In this document: positions 1 to 8,514 of the stretch, in pieces
How positions within the stretch are numbered: the stretch's first letter is position 1
How the letters are laid out: each line of letters starts with the position of its first letter
NCBI GenBank assembly: GCA_029233925.1
Contig: JARGOX010000013.1
Location: 48,056 to 112,055 of the forward strand
Source: Rhizobiaceae bacterium
GTDB lineage: Bacteria; Pseudomonadota; Alphaproteobacteria; Rhizobiales; Rhizobiaceae
DNA length: 64,000 bases
Direction: 5' to 3'
The notes under the pieces: generated by a model
The model's input: the letters and a program-made list of their open reading frames with translations, nothing else
What the model was told of the DNA's origin: nothing
Database searches by the model: none
Translations under genes and position numbers: made by a program

Positions 1-1548
1 CGTTTCGACGTCGACGCGGATGCCGTGGGCACCGTGGTCTATGCAATCAAGACCCCGCAGCAGGAATTTTCCCTGATCGCCTTTTCCTTCGCACCGGAAC
101 GTGAAGGCCGCACGGGCCGCATCATCGGCCGGGCCTGGGACATGATGGGCACGCTGAATGAGGGACCGGCAACACAGGCAGACATCGACAGCGCGCGTCG
201 CAATCTGCCGTTGCTTTATCGCGGACGGGCGACGGCCAATGCGCTGGTCTGGTGCCGTTGCAACCGTTCCATGCGGGCGTTCGACGCTACGTTGAACGCC
301 TTGGCAGATGGCCGCCAGCCGCTCGTTTCCGACATCAACAAGGTCGGTTACCTGATGCGCAATACGGGCCTCGATGGCAACGGCACCTTCGGCACGCGGT
401 CCTTTCCCTCGCTTGGCCATGACCATGCGCTTGGCGGCGTCCTCGAAGCCCAGATGCTGCTGGCCTACCTGATGCGGGAGTTTTCCTGTGATCTCGTTGA
501 TCACCTGGCCAGGCTGAAGTCCGATAAGGCTGTCGCCCTGGCACCGGAAATCCGGCGCTATATCGGCGTTGGCAACGGCTCAGCCCTCGGCCTTATCTTC
601 TTCATCCAGAAGCACCCGCGCCTGATCAATGCCTGGATCGAGTCGCGTGAAAAGGCCATTGCATCGGCCTGTGGCTTGAGGCTGGAGGCTGGCGATCGGC
701 GTATTGCAGAGCTGATCACGCTTGTACAGCGGGCCATTGTCTTCAGAAGGCAAGACCAGATGTCCTATGAGACCTTCGCGTCATCGCGCATCATCGCTGA
801 TGAACTCGAAAAACTGACCCCCTATCTTGAGGAACTGCGCGTCAAGGGAACGATCGACGGCGAAGTCTGCGATTATCCGCTCGACGTTCTGGCCCGCAAG
901 GCGGAACAGGACTTTGAGCCGGAAGGCTATGAGACGTTCCTCTCGCTGATTGTCGAGCTTGTCGCTGAAGAGGCGGACGAGATGACAATGCAGGTGGAAG
1001 GCGTGGATGAGTTAAACGTCGATGCGCGCATGAAGATTGCGGAGCTGAAAGCCCTGATCACCAAAGACTATGCATGGGCGTTGTCGATTGACGCGGCCGC
1101 ACCCGATGCCAATGCCTATGTCTGGTACAAATCCGAAACTGCCGAAGAGCCGCGCCGGGGCGAGCGCACGGAGATTCCGCATGCCCGTGACCTTGGCCTC
1201 GACATGCCGGGCGACATCCAGCAGCTTCTGCACGATATCGAACTGGAAGAACCGGGGCTTTCCACCGCCCGCTTCCTGCTGAAATATCCACAGCACCGCC
1301 TGATGTGCGCGCGCGTTCAGAGCCTTGCCGGCACGCACTTTCACACGCCGCAGGCCAATATCAATGCGGTCGATTTTGTTCCGATCCAACTGGTGCGGCT
1401 GATGAATTCCGCCATTCACGGTATCGACAAGACGCGCGACTACCTGCAGCGCAACCTGCGGGGTGTTCTGTTTCATGGCGCTCCAACCACCAGCGATATT
1501 CGTGCCGGTCGCGGCGCCAGCTGGTTCTATCCTCAGGAGCCCAATTGA
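1..1548 (+). CDS. Large conserved hypothetical protein, 5'-truncated by the window edge
   Basis: Frame +1 is open from base 1 (RFDVDADAVGTVVY...) to TGA at 1546-1548. Motifs CNRS, GYLMRNTGLDGNGTFG, GVGNGSALG, WYKSETAEEPR. From recall it resembles an unannotated family found next to M19 dipeptidase genes in marine alphaproteobacteria. Confidence 0.85.
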   Translation, partial: RFDVDADAVGTVVYAIKTPQQEFSLIAFSFAPEREGRTGRIIGRAWDMMGTLNEGPATQADIDSARRNLPLLYRGRATANALVWCRCNRSMRAFDATLNALADGRQPLVSDINKVGYLMRNTGLDGNGTFGTRSFPSLGHDHALGGVLEAQMLLAYLMREFSCDLVDHLARLKSDKAVALAPEIRRYIGVGNGSALGLIFFIQKHPRLINAWIESREKAIASACGLRLEAGDRRIAELITLVQRAIVFRRQDQMSYETFASSRIIADELEKLTPYLEELRVKGTIDGEVCDYPLDVLARKAEQDFEPEGYETFLSLIVELVAEEADEMTMQVEGVDELNVDARMKIAELKALITKDYAWALSIDAAAPDANAYVWYKSETAEEPRRGERTEIPHARDLGLDMPGDIQQLLHDIELEEPGLSTARFLLKYPQHRLMCARVQSLAGTHFHTPQANINAVDFVPIQLVRLMNSAIHGIDKTRDYLQRNLRGVLFHGAPTTSDIRAGRGASWFYPQEPN

Positions 1549-2243
1549 TGACTGCTTGCCGTGAAAGCCTGCGGATCATGCCGCGCGAAATGCGCATGAT
1601 GTCCGAGCGCATCCTGTCACTGACCAATCTGCCAAAAGGTTTTGCCCTGATGGTCGGCGATGTCGTCATGTATTCCGAAGCCATGGGTCTGGGCGGTTTT
1701 GCACTGCTGGAACAACGGCTTGAAGCCCTGCTGCCCGCCGATCCGACGGCGCTTTCATTGGCAGGCGGCGCGGCACAGGAACTGGTGCTCGATGCTGGCG
1801 GACAGCATGCATGGTTTGTTGTCGCCAGTGTTCTGGACCTGCTCGACGAGGCACTGGAAAGCGGGAAAACTGCAGCGATCAAAGTCACAAATTGCATGGA
1901 TCCGGCCGAGCTTGCCATTGCTGCCGCTCTCGGCCGACGGGTCGGGCTTGAGATTGTCATGGATGGTTCCATCCTGTCCGCCAGCGCTACCGGGAAGCCC
2001 GCTGACCCGGTCCTTGACGCGGTGCTGACCGAGGGCTGCGCGATAGCAGCAGACCTGTGGTGGCGGATTTACGATCTTGCCAAGACCGCGCTTACACCGG
2101 AATCGGCTGTCTCACGACGGCATGCGGGGCCGATCATTGTTACCGAAGATGGGCAGATTATCGGTCGTGTCGACAATGATGACGACACCGACCTCCAATT
2201 CATCAGCAAGATATCCAACGGATCACAAGAGGCGCGATCATGA
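1548..2243 (+). CDS. Hypothetical protein, DUF3726-like (tentative)
   Basis: ATG at 1548 overlaps the upstream TGA (TGATG), with CAGGAG upstream. 231 aa. The N-terminal helical pattern PREMRMMSERIL...G...EAMGLGG recalls DUF3726. The CDS is secure; the family call is weaker. Confidence 0.7.
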   Translation: MTACRESLRIMPREMRMMSERILSLTNLPKGFALMVGDVVMYSEAMGLGGFALLEQRLEALLPADPTALSLAGGAAQELVLDAGGQHAWFVVASVLDLLDEALESGKTAAIKVTNCMDPAELAIAAALGRRVGLEIVMDGSILSASATGKPADPVLDAVLTEGCAIAADLWWRIYDLAKTALTPESAVSRRHAGPIIVTEDGQIIGRVDNDDDTDLQFISKISNGSQEARS

Positions 2244-3217
2244 TCATAGACGGTCTGCAATGCGGACATTTCGACCGAAAATCATTTGAATCACTCAAAC
2301 TGGCAGGTGTTGCCGGCGTGGTGGTGACCTGCGGTTTTTGGGAAGGGGCGCTTGAATCCCTCGACAGTCTTGGCGCCTGGCGCGATCTCATCGGTGAAAA
2401 CGCCGATATTGCAGCCATCGCCAAAACGCCCGCTGATATTGTCAGCGCCAATGAAGCGGGAAAGGTTGCTGCCATTCTCGGCTTTCAGAACGCCAATCTC
2501 CTGGAAGGACGCATCCGCCTGGTCGAGATGTTCGCCGAGTTGGGGGTGCGCGTCATCCAACTGACCTACAACAATCAGAACGAGCTTGCCGGCAGTTGCT
2601 ATGAGGCGGAAGATTCAGGTCTTGCCCGCTTCGGCAAGGAAGTGGTTCGTGAAATGAATGAAGCCGGTATTCTGGTCGATTGCAGCCATGTCGGAAATCG
2701 CTCGACGCTTGATGCAATCGAGGCTTCGGGCAAGCCCATCGCGGTGACACATGCCAATGCCGACAGCCTGTTCGCCCACAAGCGCAACAAGACCGATGAT
2801 GTGCTCAAGGCGCTTGGCCAGACCGGCGGCGTGATTGGCTGCGCCACCTATCGCAACATCACCGGTGACGCCTATTGTGCCACGCTGGAAGCCTGGTGCA
2901 CCATGGTGGCGCGCACGGTGGAGATTGCCGGTATTGACAGTGTGGCGATCGGTACGGATCGCAGCCACAATTTCACCGCACCTGACTATGCCTGGATGCG
3001 GCAGGGCCGCTGGACGCGCGGCGTCGATTATGGCGCTGCATCGGCAGCCCGCCCCGGCAAGGCGCCGCCTCCCGAATGGTTCCCGAATGTCGAAGACATC
3101 AATGTCATTCCACAAGGCCTCCGAAGCGTGGGCTTCTCGGAAGAAGAGGTCGCGAAGATAACCCACAAAAACTGGCTGCGTCTCTATGAGGCAACTTTCC
3201 GCAAATCCGAAACATAA
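2240..3217 (+). CDS. Membrane (renal) dipeptidase family M19 amidohydrolase-fold protein
   Basis: ATGA overlap with the previous gene. Motifs GFQNA, QLTYN, DCSH, THAN, RNKTD, IGTD, NWLR are typical of the M19 family. Confidence 0.88.
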   Translation: MIIDGLQCGHFDRKSFESLKLAGVAGVVVTCGFWEGALESLDSLGAWRDLIGENADIAAIAKTPADIVSANEAGKVAAILGFQNANLLEGRIRLVEMFAELGVRVIQLTYNNQNELAGSCYEAEDSGLARFGKEVVREMNEAGILVDCSHVGNRSTLDAIEASGKPIAVTHANADSLFAHKRNKTDDVLKALGQTGGVIGCATYRNITGDAYCATLEAWCTMVARTVEIAGIDSVAIGTDRSHNFTAPDYAWMRQGRWTRGVDYGAASAARPGKAPPPEWFPNVEDINVIPQGLRSVGFSEEEVAKITHKNWLRLYEATFRKSET

Positions 3218-3229
3218 GAGGGAATTAAA

Positions 3230-4279
3230 ATGACAGACCCAAAATTCAACTCCGGTCTCATCCTACCCAATCGCCGGCGATTTCTTCAAGGTTCGGCAGC
3301 ATTGGCTGCCGGCGCACTGGCAATGCCCTATGTGGCCCGTGCCGACGACAAGGTGCTCTATATCAATTCATGGGGCGGCCCATGGCTGGAGGCCGCCAAG
3401 GCCAATCTTTTCGATCCCTTCACGGCTGAAACGGGAATTGAGATTCGCACGGTTTCACCGGTGTCATTTGCCAAGCTGGCAGCCCAGGTCAAGACCGGTG
3501 TCTACGAGTTTGACGTGACGACTTTGGGTGGCGGCGATATTGTTCGCGCCAACGAGGCAGGCATCATCGAGGATCTCGAGGCACCTTATGAAGGTGGGCT
3601 CTTCCAGAATGGTGTTGCAAGCCACGCCTTTGCAACCGTGATGGCCTGGCGCACCGATACGATCAAGGAAACGCCGAAAAGCTGGGCTGATTTCTGGGAT
3701 GTCGAGCGCTTCCCCGGTGGCCGTTCGCTGCAGCGCTATGCAGCACGTGTCCTGCCGATTGCGCTTCTGGCGGATGGCGTTGCCATGGAAGATCTTTATC
3801 CGCTGGATATCGAGCGGGCCTTTGCCAAGCTTGATGAGATCAAGGACCATATCCGCGTCTGGTGGACGGCCGGTGCACAATCGACCCAGATCCTGCGCGA
3901 CGGCGAGATTGACATGATCGGCATCTGGCATGGCCGCTACTTTGAAGCCGAAGACGCCGGTGCGCCAGTTGCCATGACCTGGAACCAGGCTGAGATCGAC
4001 CGGGCCTATTGGGTTGTTGCAAAGGATACGCCGAACATGGAAGCGGCGAAGCTGTTCGTTGAATTCGCAACCTCGGCCAAACCGCTTGCCGGTTTTGCAT
4101 CGCAGGCCAAATACGGGGCACTTAACCCGGCGGCCAACGAATTCATCCCGGAGAGTGCCCAGCCACGCATGCCAACGTCACCTGCCAATTATCCGCTCGC
4201 CTTTGAGCAGGATATGAGCAACTGGGGTGGCGATCCGCATGAAGTCTCGGCCCGTTTCGATGAATGGCTTGCCAGCTGA
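3230..4279 (+). CDS. ABC transporter substrate-binding protein, PotD/PotF-like, Tat signal
   Basis: RRRFLQGSAALAAG...ARA twin-arginine leader; SWGG, SWADFWD, LLADGV motifs; RBS GAGGGA. Confidence 0.9.
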   Translation: MTDPKFNSGLILPNRRRFLQGSAALAAGALAMPYVARADDKVLYINSWGGPWLEAAKANLFDPFTAETGIEIRTVSPVSFAKLAAQVKTGVYEFDVTTLGGGDIVRANEAGIIEDLEAPYEGGLFQNGVASHAFATVMAWRTDTIKETPKSWADFWDVERFPGGRSLQRYAARVLPIALLADGVAMEDLYPLDIERAFAKLDEIKDHIRVWWTAGAQSTQILRDGEIDMIGIWHGRYFEAEDAGAPVAMTWNQAEIDRAYWVVAKDTPNMEAAKLFVEFATSAKPLAGFASQAKYGALNPAANEFIPESAQPRMPTSPANYPLAFEQDMSNWGGDPHEVSARFDEWLAS

Positions 4280-4313
4280 TCGAAGCTTGAGACATTAAAC
4301 CCGGAAGCAGCCA

Positions 4314-5162
4314 ATGAACCGCATGATCTCCCGTTTGTCTGAACAACAGAACCTGTGGCCCTGGCTGCTTCTGCTTCCCCTGTCTGCCTATCTGCTCGTC
4401 TTCTTTGCCGTTCCGTTGGCAGATGTGGTGCAGATGAGTGTTACCGAGCCAACCCTCGGTCTGCAAAACTACGAAAAAGTGCTGACCGGGAGCCTCTACC
4501 GCAAGGTGTTCCTCAACACCTTCATGACGGCCGGCATCGTCACCCTGTGTTGCCTGTTTGTCGGCTATCCGCTTGCCTATCTGATGGCCCATACCAGCCG
4601 GCGCAATGCCATGCTGATCCTGCTGCTGATCACCATGAGTTTCTGGACAAGCTTTCTAGTGCGCACCTATGCCTGGATGGTGCTTCTCGGCAACAACGGG
4701 CCGGTGATCTGGTTGATCCAGGCCATGGGCTTTGAGGAAAAACCGCACCTGCTTTTCACCCGGTTTTCCTCGACTTTGGCCATGGTGCATATCCTTGCGC
4801 CTTACATGATCATGAACATCTATTCGGTGATGCAGAAGATCGACAAATCGCTGATCCTGTCGGCCGAAAGCATGGGCGCGCGCGGTGCTTCGCTGTTTCG
4901 GCATATCTATCTTCCGCTGACTGCGCCGGGTATCGCCAACGGTTCGGTGCTGGTCTTTGTGATCTGCCTTGGTTTTTACGTCACGCCGGTGCTGCTGGGC
5001 AGCCCGCGTGAGCAAATGGCCGCCGGCCTGATCGGGCACCAGATCGAGGAATTCCTTGCCTTCGGGCTCGGTTCGGCCATGGCAATCGTTCTCCTGGGGG
5101 TCACTCTGGTGATTCTCGGCATCTACCATCGCCGTTTTGGCCTGGACAAATTGTGGGGCTGA
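4314..5162 (+). CDS. ABC transporter permease, PotB-like
   Basis: Hydrophobic segments, FWTSFLVRTYAW, EAA-like loop SAESMGA. Confidence 0.9.
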   Translation: MNRMISRLSEQQNLWPWLLLLPLSAYLLVFFAVPLADVVQMSVTEPTLGLQNYEKVLTGSLYRKVFLNTFMTAGIVTLCCLFVGYPLAYLMAHTSRRNAMLILLLITMSFWTSFLVRTYAWMVLLGNNGPVIWLIQAMGFEEKPHLLFTRFSSTLAMVHILAPYMIMNIYSVMQKIDKSLILSAESMGARGASLFRHIYLPLTAPGIANGSVLVFVICLGFYVTPVLLGSPREQMAAGLIGHQIEEFLAFGLGSAMAIVLLGVTLVILGIYHRRFGLDKLWG

Positions 5163-5163
5163 C

Positions 5164-5973
5164 ATGAACACCTTGATGCGCGTCATTGCCTACGCAGTGA
5201 TCATTTTCATCGCCGCGCCGCTGGTCATCGTTGTACCGATGTCGCTGTCGACGGCGTCTTCGCTGCAATTTCCGCCGCCTGGCTACTGGCTGGGGTACTA
5301 TGCGTCCTATTTCTCCGATCCCGGCTGGTTGCGGCCAACCTGGAACAGCATTGTGATTGCCAGTGCAACGACGGTGCTGACCATGATCCTGGTGGTTCCG
5401 GCTGCTTTTGCACTGGTGCGCCACAAGTTCTGGGGCAAGGGCGTCGCCAATCTGATGTTGATGATGCCCATGGCCGTGCCGCATATCGTGATGGCGGTCG
5501 GCTATTACTCGGTCTTCGGTCAGATGCGGCTGGTTCACACGCATCTGGGCGTCATTCTGGCGCATACCTGTCTGTCGGTGCCGATCACCTTTCTGGTTCT
5601 GTCCGCCAATCTGAAAGGTTTTGACCGGACATTGGAACGTGCCGCCCGCAGCCTGGGCGCTTCGCCGCTGCAGACCTTTGGCCATGTGACGCTGCCGATC
5701 CTGCGCCCGGGCCTTCTCATTTCGGCACTCTTTGCCTTTATCCAGTCATTCGACGAAACCGTGGTTGCGATCTTCATATCGGGTCGTGATGCAGAAACCC
5801 TGCCGCGCAAGATGTTTGACAGCATCCGGCAGGAAGCAGATCCGGTTATCGCCGTCATTTCCAGCCTGCTTTTCCTGATCGTGGCGATCGCGCTGATTGC
5901 ACCGCATGTCGTTTCGGCGCTGCGCGGACGGTTTACCACCAAGGGACAGGAAAAGGCGCTCATCGCGCAATAG
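5164..5973 (+). CDS. ABC transporter permease, PotC-like
   Basis: ATG 1 nt after the previous stop; LERAARSLGASP loop; SFDETVVA motif. Confidence 0.9.
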   Translation: MNTLMRVIAYAVIIFIAAPLVIVVPMSLSTASSLQFPPPGYWLGYYASYFSDPGWLRPTWNSIVIASATTVLTMILVVPAAFALVRHKFWGKGVANLMLMMPMAVPHIVMAVGYYSVFGQMRLVHTHLGVILAHTCLSVPITFLVLSANLKGFDRTLERAARSLGASPLQTFGHVTLPILRPGLLISALFAFIQSFDETVVAIFISGRDAETLPRKMFDSIRQEADPVIAVISSLLFLIVAIALIAPHVVSALRGRFTTKGQEKALIAQ

Positions 5974-5987
5974 CAATCGGAGACTTC

Positions 5988-7058
5988 ATGAGCAGCTATC
6001 TGAGCCTCAAGGGCATCAACAAGAGCTATGGTGATTTCGTCGCACTGGACGATGTCAATCTGGAAATCAAAAAGGGCGAATTCGTCACCTTTCTGGGCCC
6101 GAGCGGTTCGGGCAAGACAACGACGCTGATGATCATCGCCGGATTCGAAAAGGCCACACGCGGTGAAGTCGAAATCGAGGGCCTGTCGCTTGCCGGTCTC
6201 GATCCGCAGGACCGCAATATCGGCATTGTATTTCAGAATTATGCGCTGTTTCCGCACAAGTCGGCGGTGGAAAATGTCTATTTCCCGCTGCAAATGCGCA
6301 AGGTCAAGCGCAAGGAGGGCATGCGCCGCGCAGAAGAAATGCTTGAGCTCGTCGGGCTGAAGGGTTTCTCGCACCGTCACCCGAAGGAATTGTCAGGTGG
6401 CCAGCAGCAACGTGTGGCGCTGGCGCGCGCGCTGGTGTTCGGACCGGACCTGTTGCTTCTCGATGAACCATTGGGGGCGCTGGACAAGAATCTGCGTGAG
6501 CAGATGCAGATCGAGATCAAGCGCATACAGAAGAAACTGGGCGTCACGACGATTTTCGTGACCCATGATCAGACGGAAGCGATGTCGATGTCGGACCGGA
6601 TCGTGATCTTTTCCCAGGGCAGCATTCAACAGGCCGATGCGCCGCTTGAAATCTATCACCGCCCGAAGACCCAATTCGTCGCCGACTTTATCGGAGAAAG
6701 CAATCTGCTTGCCGGAAAAGTCGTCGATGCTGCCAGCGGGATCCTGAGCAGTCCGGTTCTGGGCGACTGCACCTATTCCGGCGATCATCAGCCAGCCGTG
6801 GAAAACGGCCAGGATGTCACGATTGTCCTGCGGCCGGAGAATTTGACAATTTCACGCGATCCGATCGAGGGGAGGATGAATGGCAGGATGAAGATCGAAA
6901 CAATCGTCAATTATGGTGATAATGCCCTTGTCATCGGCCTGAGCGGTGGCGTGCCGATCCGTGTGCGCGTTCTGGGTGCGGATGTGGTTATCCTCAGTGA
7001 GGGTGATGAATGCTGTTTTTCCTGGGATGAAGACGCGATCTTCCTGGTTGCGGAATAG
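5988..7058 (+). CDS. ABC transporter ATP-binding protein, PotA-like, with C-terminal TOBE
   Basis: Walker A GPSGSGKT, signature LSGGQQQR, Walker B LLLLDEP, H-loop VTHD. Confidence 0.93.
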   Translation: MSSYLSLKGINKSYGDFVALDDVNLEIKKGEFVTFLGPSGSGKTTTLMIIAGFEKATRGEVEIEGLSLAGLDPQDRNIGIVFQNYALFPHKSAVENVYFPLQMRKVKRKEGMRRAEEMLELVGLKGFSHRHPKELSGGQQQRVALARALVFGPDLLLLDEPLGALDKNLREQMQIEIKRIQKKLGVTTIFVTHDQTEAMSMSDRIVIFSQGSIQQADAPLEIYHRPKTQFVADFIGESNLLAGKVVDAASGILSSPVLGDCTYSGDHQPAVENGQDVTIVLRPENLTISRDPIEGRMNGRMKIETIVNYGDNALVIGLSGGVPIRVRVLGADVVILSEGDECCFSWDEDAIFLVAE

Positions 7059-7068
7059 GGGCGTCGAT

Positions 7069-7470
7069 ATGGATGATATTGTAGATATTGCGGGCACTAT
7101 TGCCCATTTTGGTATTGGTGCACGGGCCTCGATCGCCACTGTGCACCAGGGAACAGGATATTTTGCTGTTACCCCCAAAACCCCTTATGACGGCGCACTT
7201 TCGACTGCGGAGCAGGCCGACCAGTTGTTTGAAAAAGCCGAGGCACGATTGTCGCAGATCGGCTCATCGAAACAGGGTCTGCTGTTTGTCGCCATCCTGC
7301 TGCGCGACATTGGTGATGTCGCGGCGTTCAACGAGCGCTGGGATGCCTGGGTCGCCGGCGTCACACCGCCTGCCCGTGCCTGTTTCGAGGCAAGGCTGGC
7401 CAATCCGGATATGAAAGTCGAGATGATCATGGTGTGCGCGGCTGCGCCTGCCAGTGATGTACAGGCATGA
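7069..7470 (+). CDS. RidA/YoaB-like enamine/imine deaminase family protein
   Basis: 133 aa from ATG 7069; FNERWDAW and PPARACFEARLANPDMKVEM motifs, including the family's catalytic Arg position. Confidence 0.85.
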   Translation: MDDIVDIAGTIAHFGIGARASIATVHQGTGYFAVTPKTPYDGALSTAEQADQLFEKAEARLSQIGSSKQGLLFVAILLRDIGDVAAFNERWDAWVAGVTPPARACFEARLANPDMKVEMIMVCAAAPASDVQA

Positions 7471-7749
7471 TGGAACTCAATTTCGCATGCCCAGCCAGTC
7501 CGCATGGATGATGTTTGATGTCAGTCGTAAAAGCGGCGGCCAGATTGACAGACATAGTGGTTAAGGCACGAATTTCGAACCGGAACCACACTCTATTCTT
7601 TTGACGGTTTAGACTGATTCATCAGAACATTGGATCGTGTTGCCTGTGTTTTTGGGTGCTCTCCATCCAAAGCCATCACGCGGATTGCCAATGCCTGGCC
7701 CGATTCATGCGTGCCAAGCCGGTTCATCCCTGCCAAAAAGGGACTGTCT

Positions 7750-8208
7750 CTAGTTTTCGAGACCGGCTGTAAAATTGTTCTTGACCCTTGCCACCCGGCT
7801 CAGGAGTGTCAGAAACAAACGCTGCTCTTCCTGCGACAGGTCACACAAAAGCTCCTCCTGGATCGCATCCAGACTGGGCTGTATTTCCTTCATCAAAGCC
7901 TGTCCCTCATCGGTCAGACTGATCAGATGGCCACGGGGTGATCTGTCGCTTCGGTCGCGACGCAACAGGCCCTTGCGTTCCAGCCGCCTGATAATGTCGC
8001 TGACCGTCATCGGGTCCAGCACAGCGGCGGCCGCCACGCCCTTTTGTTCCAGGTTTTCATTTTGAAGGACAACAATCAAAACCGACATTTGCGGCGCTGT
8101 CAGCGTGGTGTGCCCAAGTCGCTCATTGAAAAGGGCGGCGAAACGCTGTTGTGCCCGGCGAATCAAATGGGCCGGCTGATTATACAGAGGCAGTACGGCA
8201 GGCGTCAT
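7750..8208 (-). CDS. MarR family transcriptional regulator
   Basis: PAHLIRRAQQ, LTAPQMSVL, RLERKGLLRR, LTDEG winged-helix motifs. Confidence 0.9.
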   Translation of the reverse strand: MTPAVLPLYNQPAHLIRRAQQRFAALFNERLGHTTLTAPQMSVLIVVLQNENLEQKGVAAAAVLDPMTVSDIIRRLERKGLLRRDRSDRSPRGHLISLTDEGQALMKEIQPSLDAIQEELLCDLSQEEQRLFLTLLSRVARVKNNFTAGLEN

Positions 8209-8514
8209 TCAAAGTCCCGATTCATGTGCGCCATGATTGATGCGCTAGCGCTCTAAAAGCGACTATAGACTGCATTGCCGTGATGGCAAAGGCCAACAAA
8301 AGTTGAATTTTCCGTACGATATAACGATTTTTCCATGAATTTTTGCTGCAGCCTTGAAATTATCGCACTCTTTTGCTGCCTTTGTGCTTTGATGCAAGGC
8401 GGCCATGTCTTCGTGGTCAGACCTTCGCTGTCAGACGCCGCAGGACGAAGCATCCTTGCAAGGGGGTGCAGTTGAGCCGAAAGGTTCAGCGAAAAGCTTT
8501 CGATGGGAGAGACA

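Noticed and set aside
7471-7749. 279-bp gap after ridA with GTGGTT...AACCAC and ORF 7630-7941
   Set aside because: The inverted repeat is only 6 bp, the ORF is mostly antisense to marR, and I see no ncRNA or IS signature.
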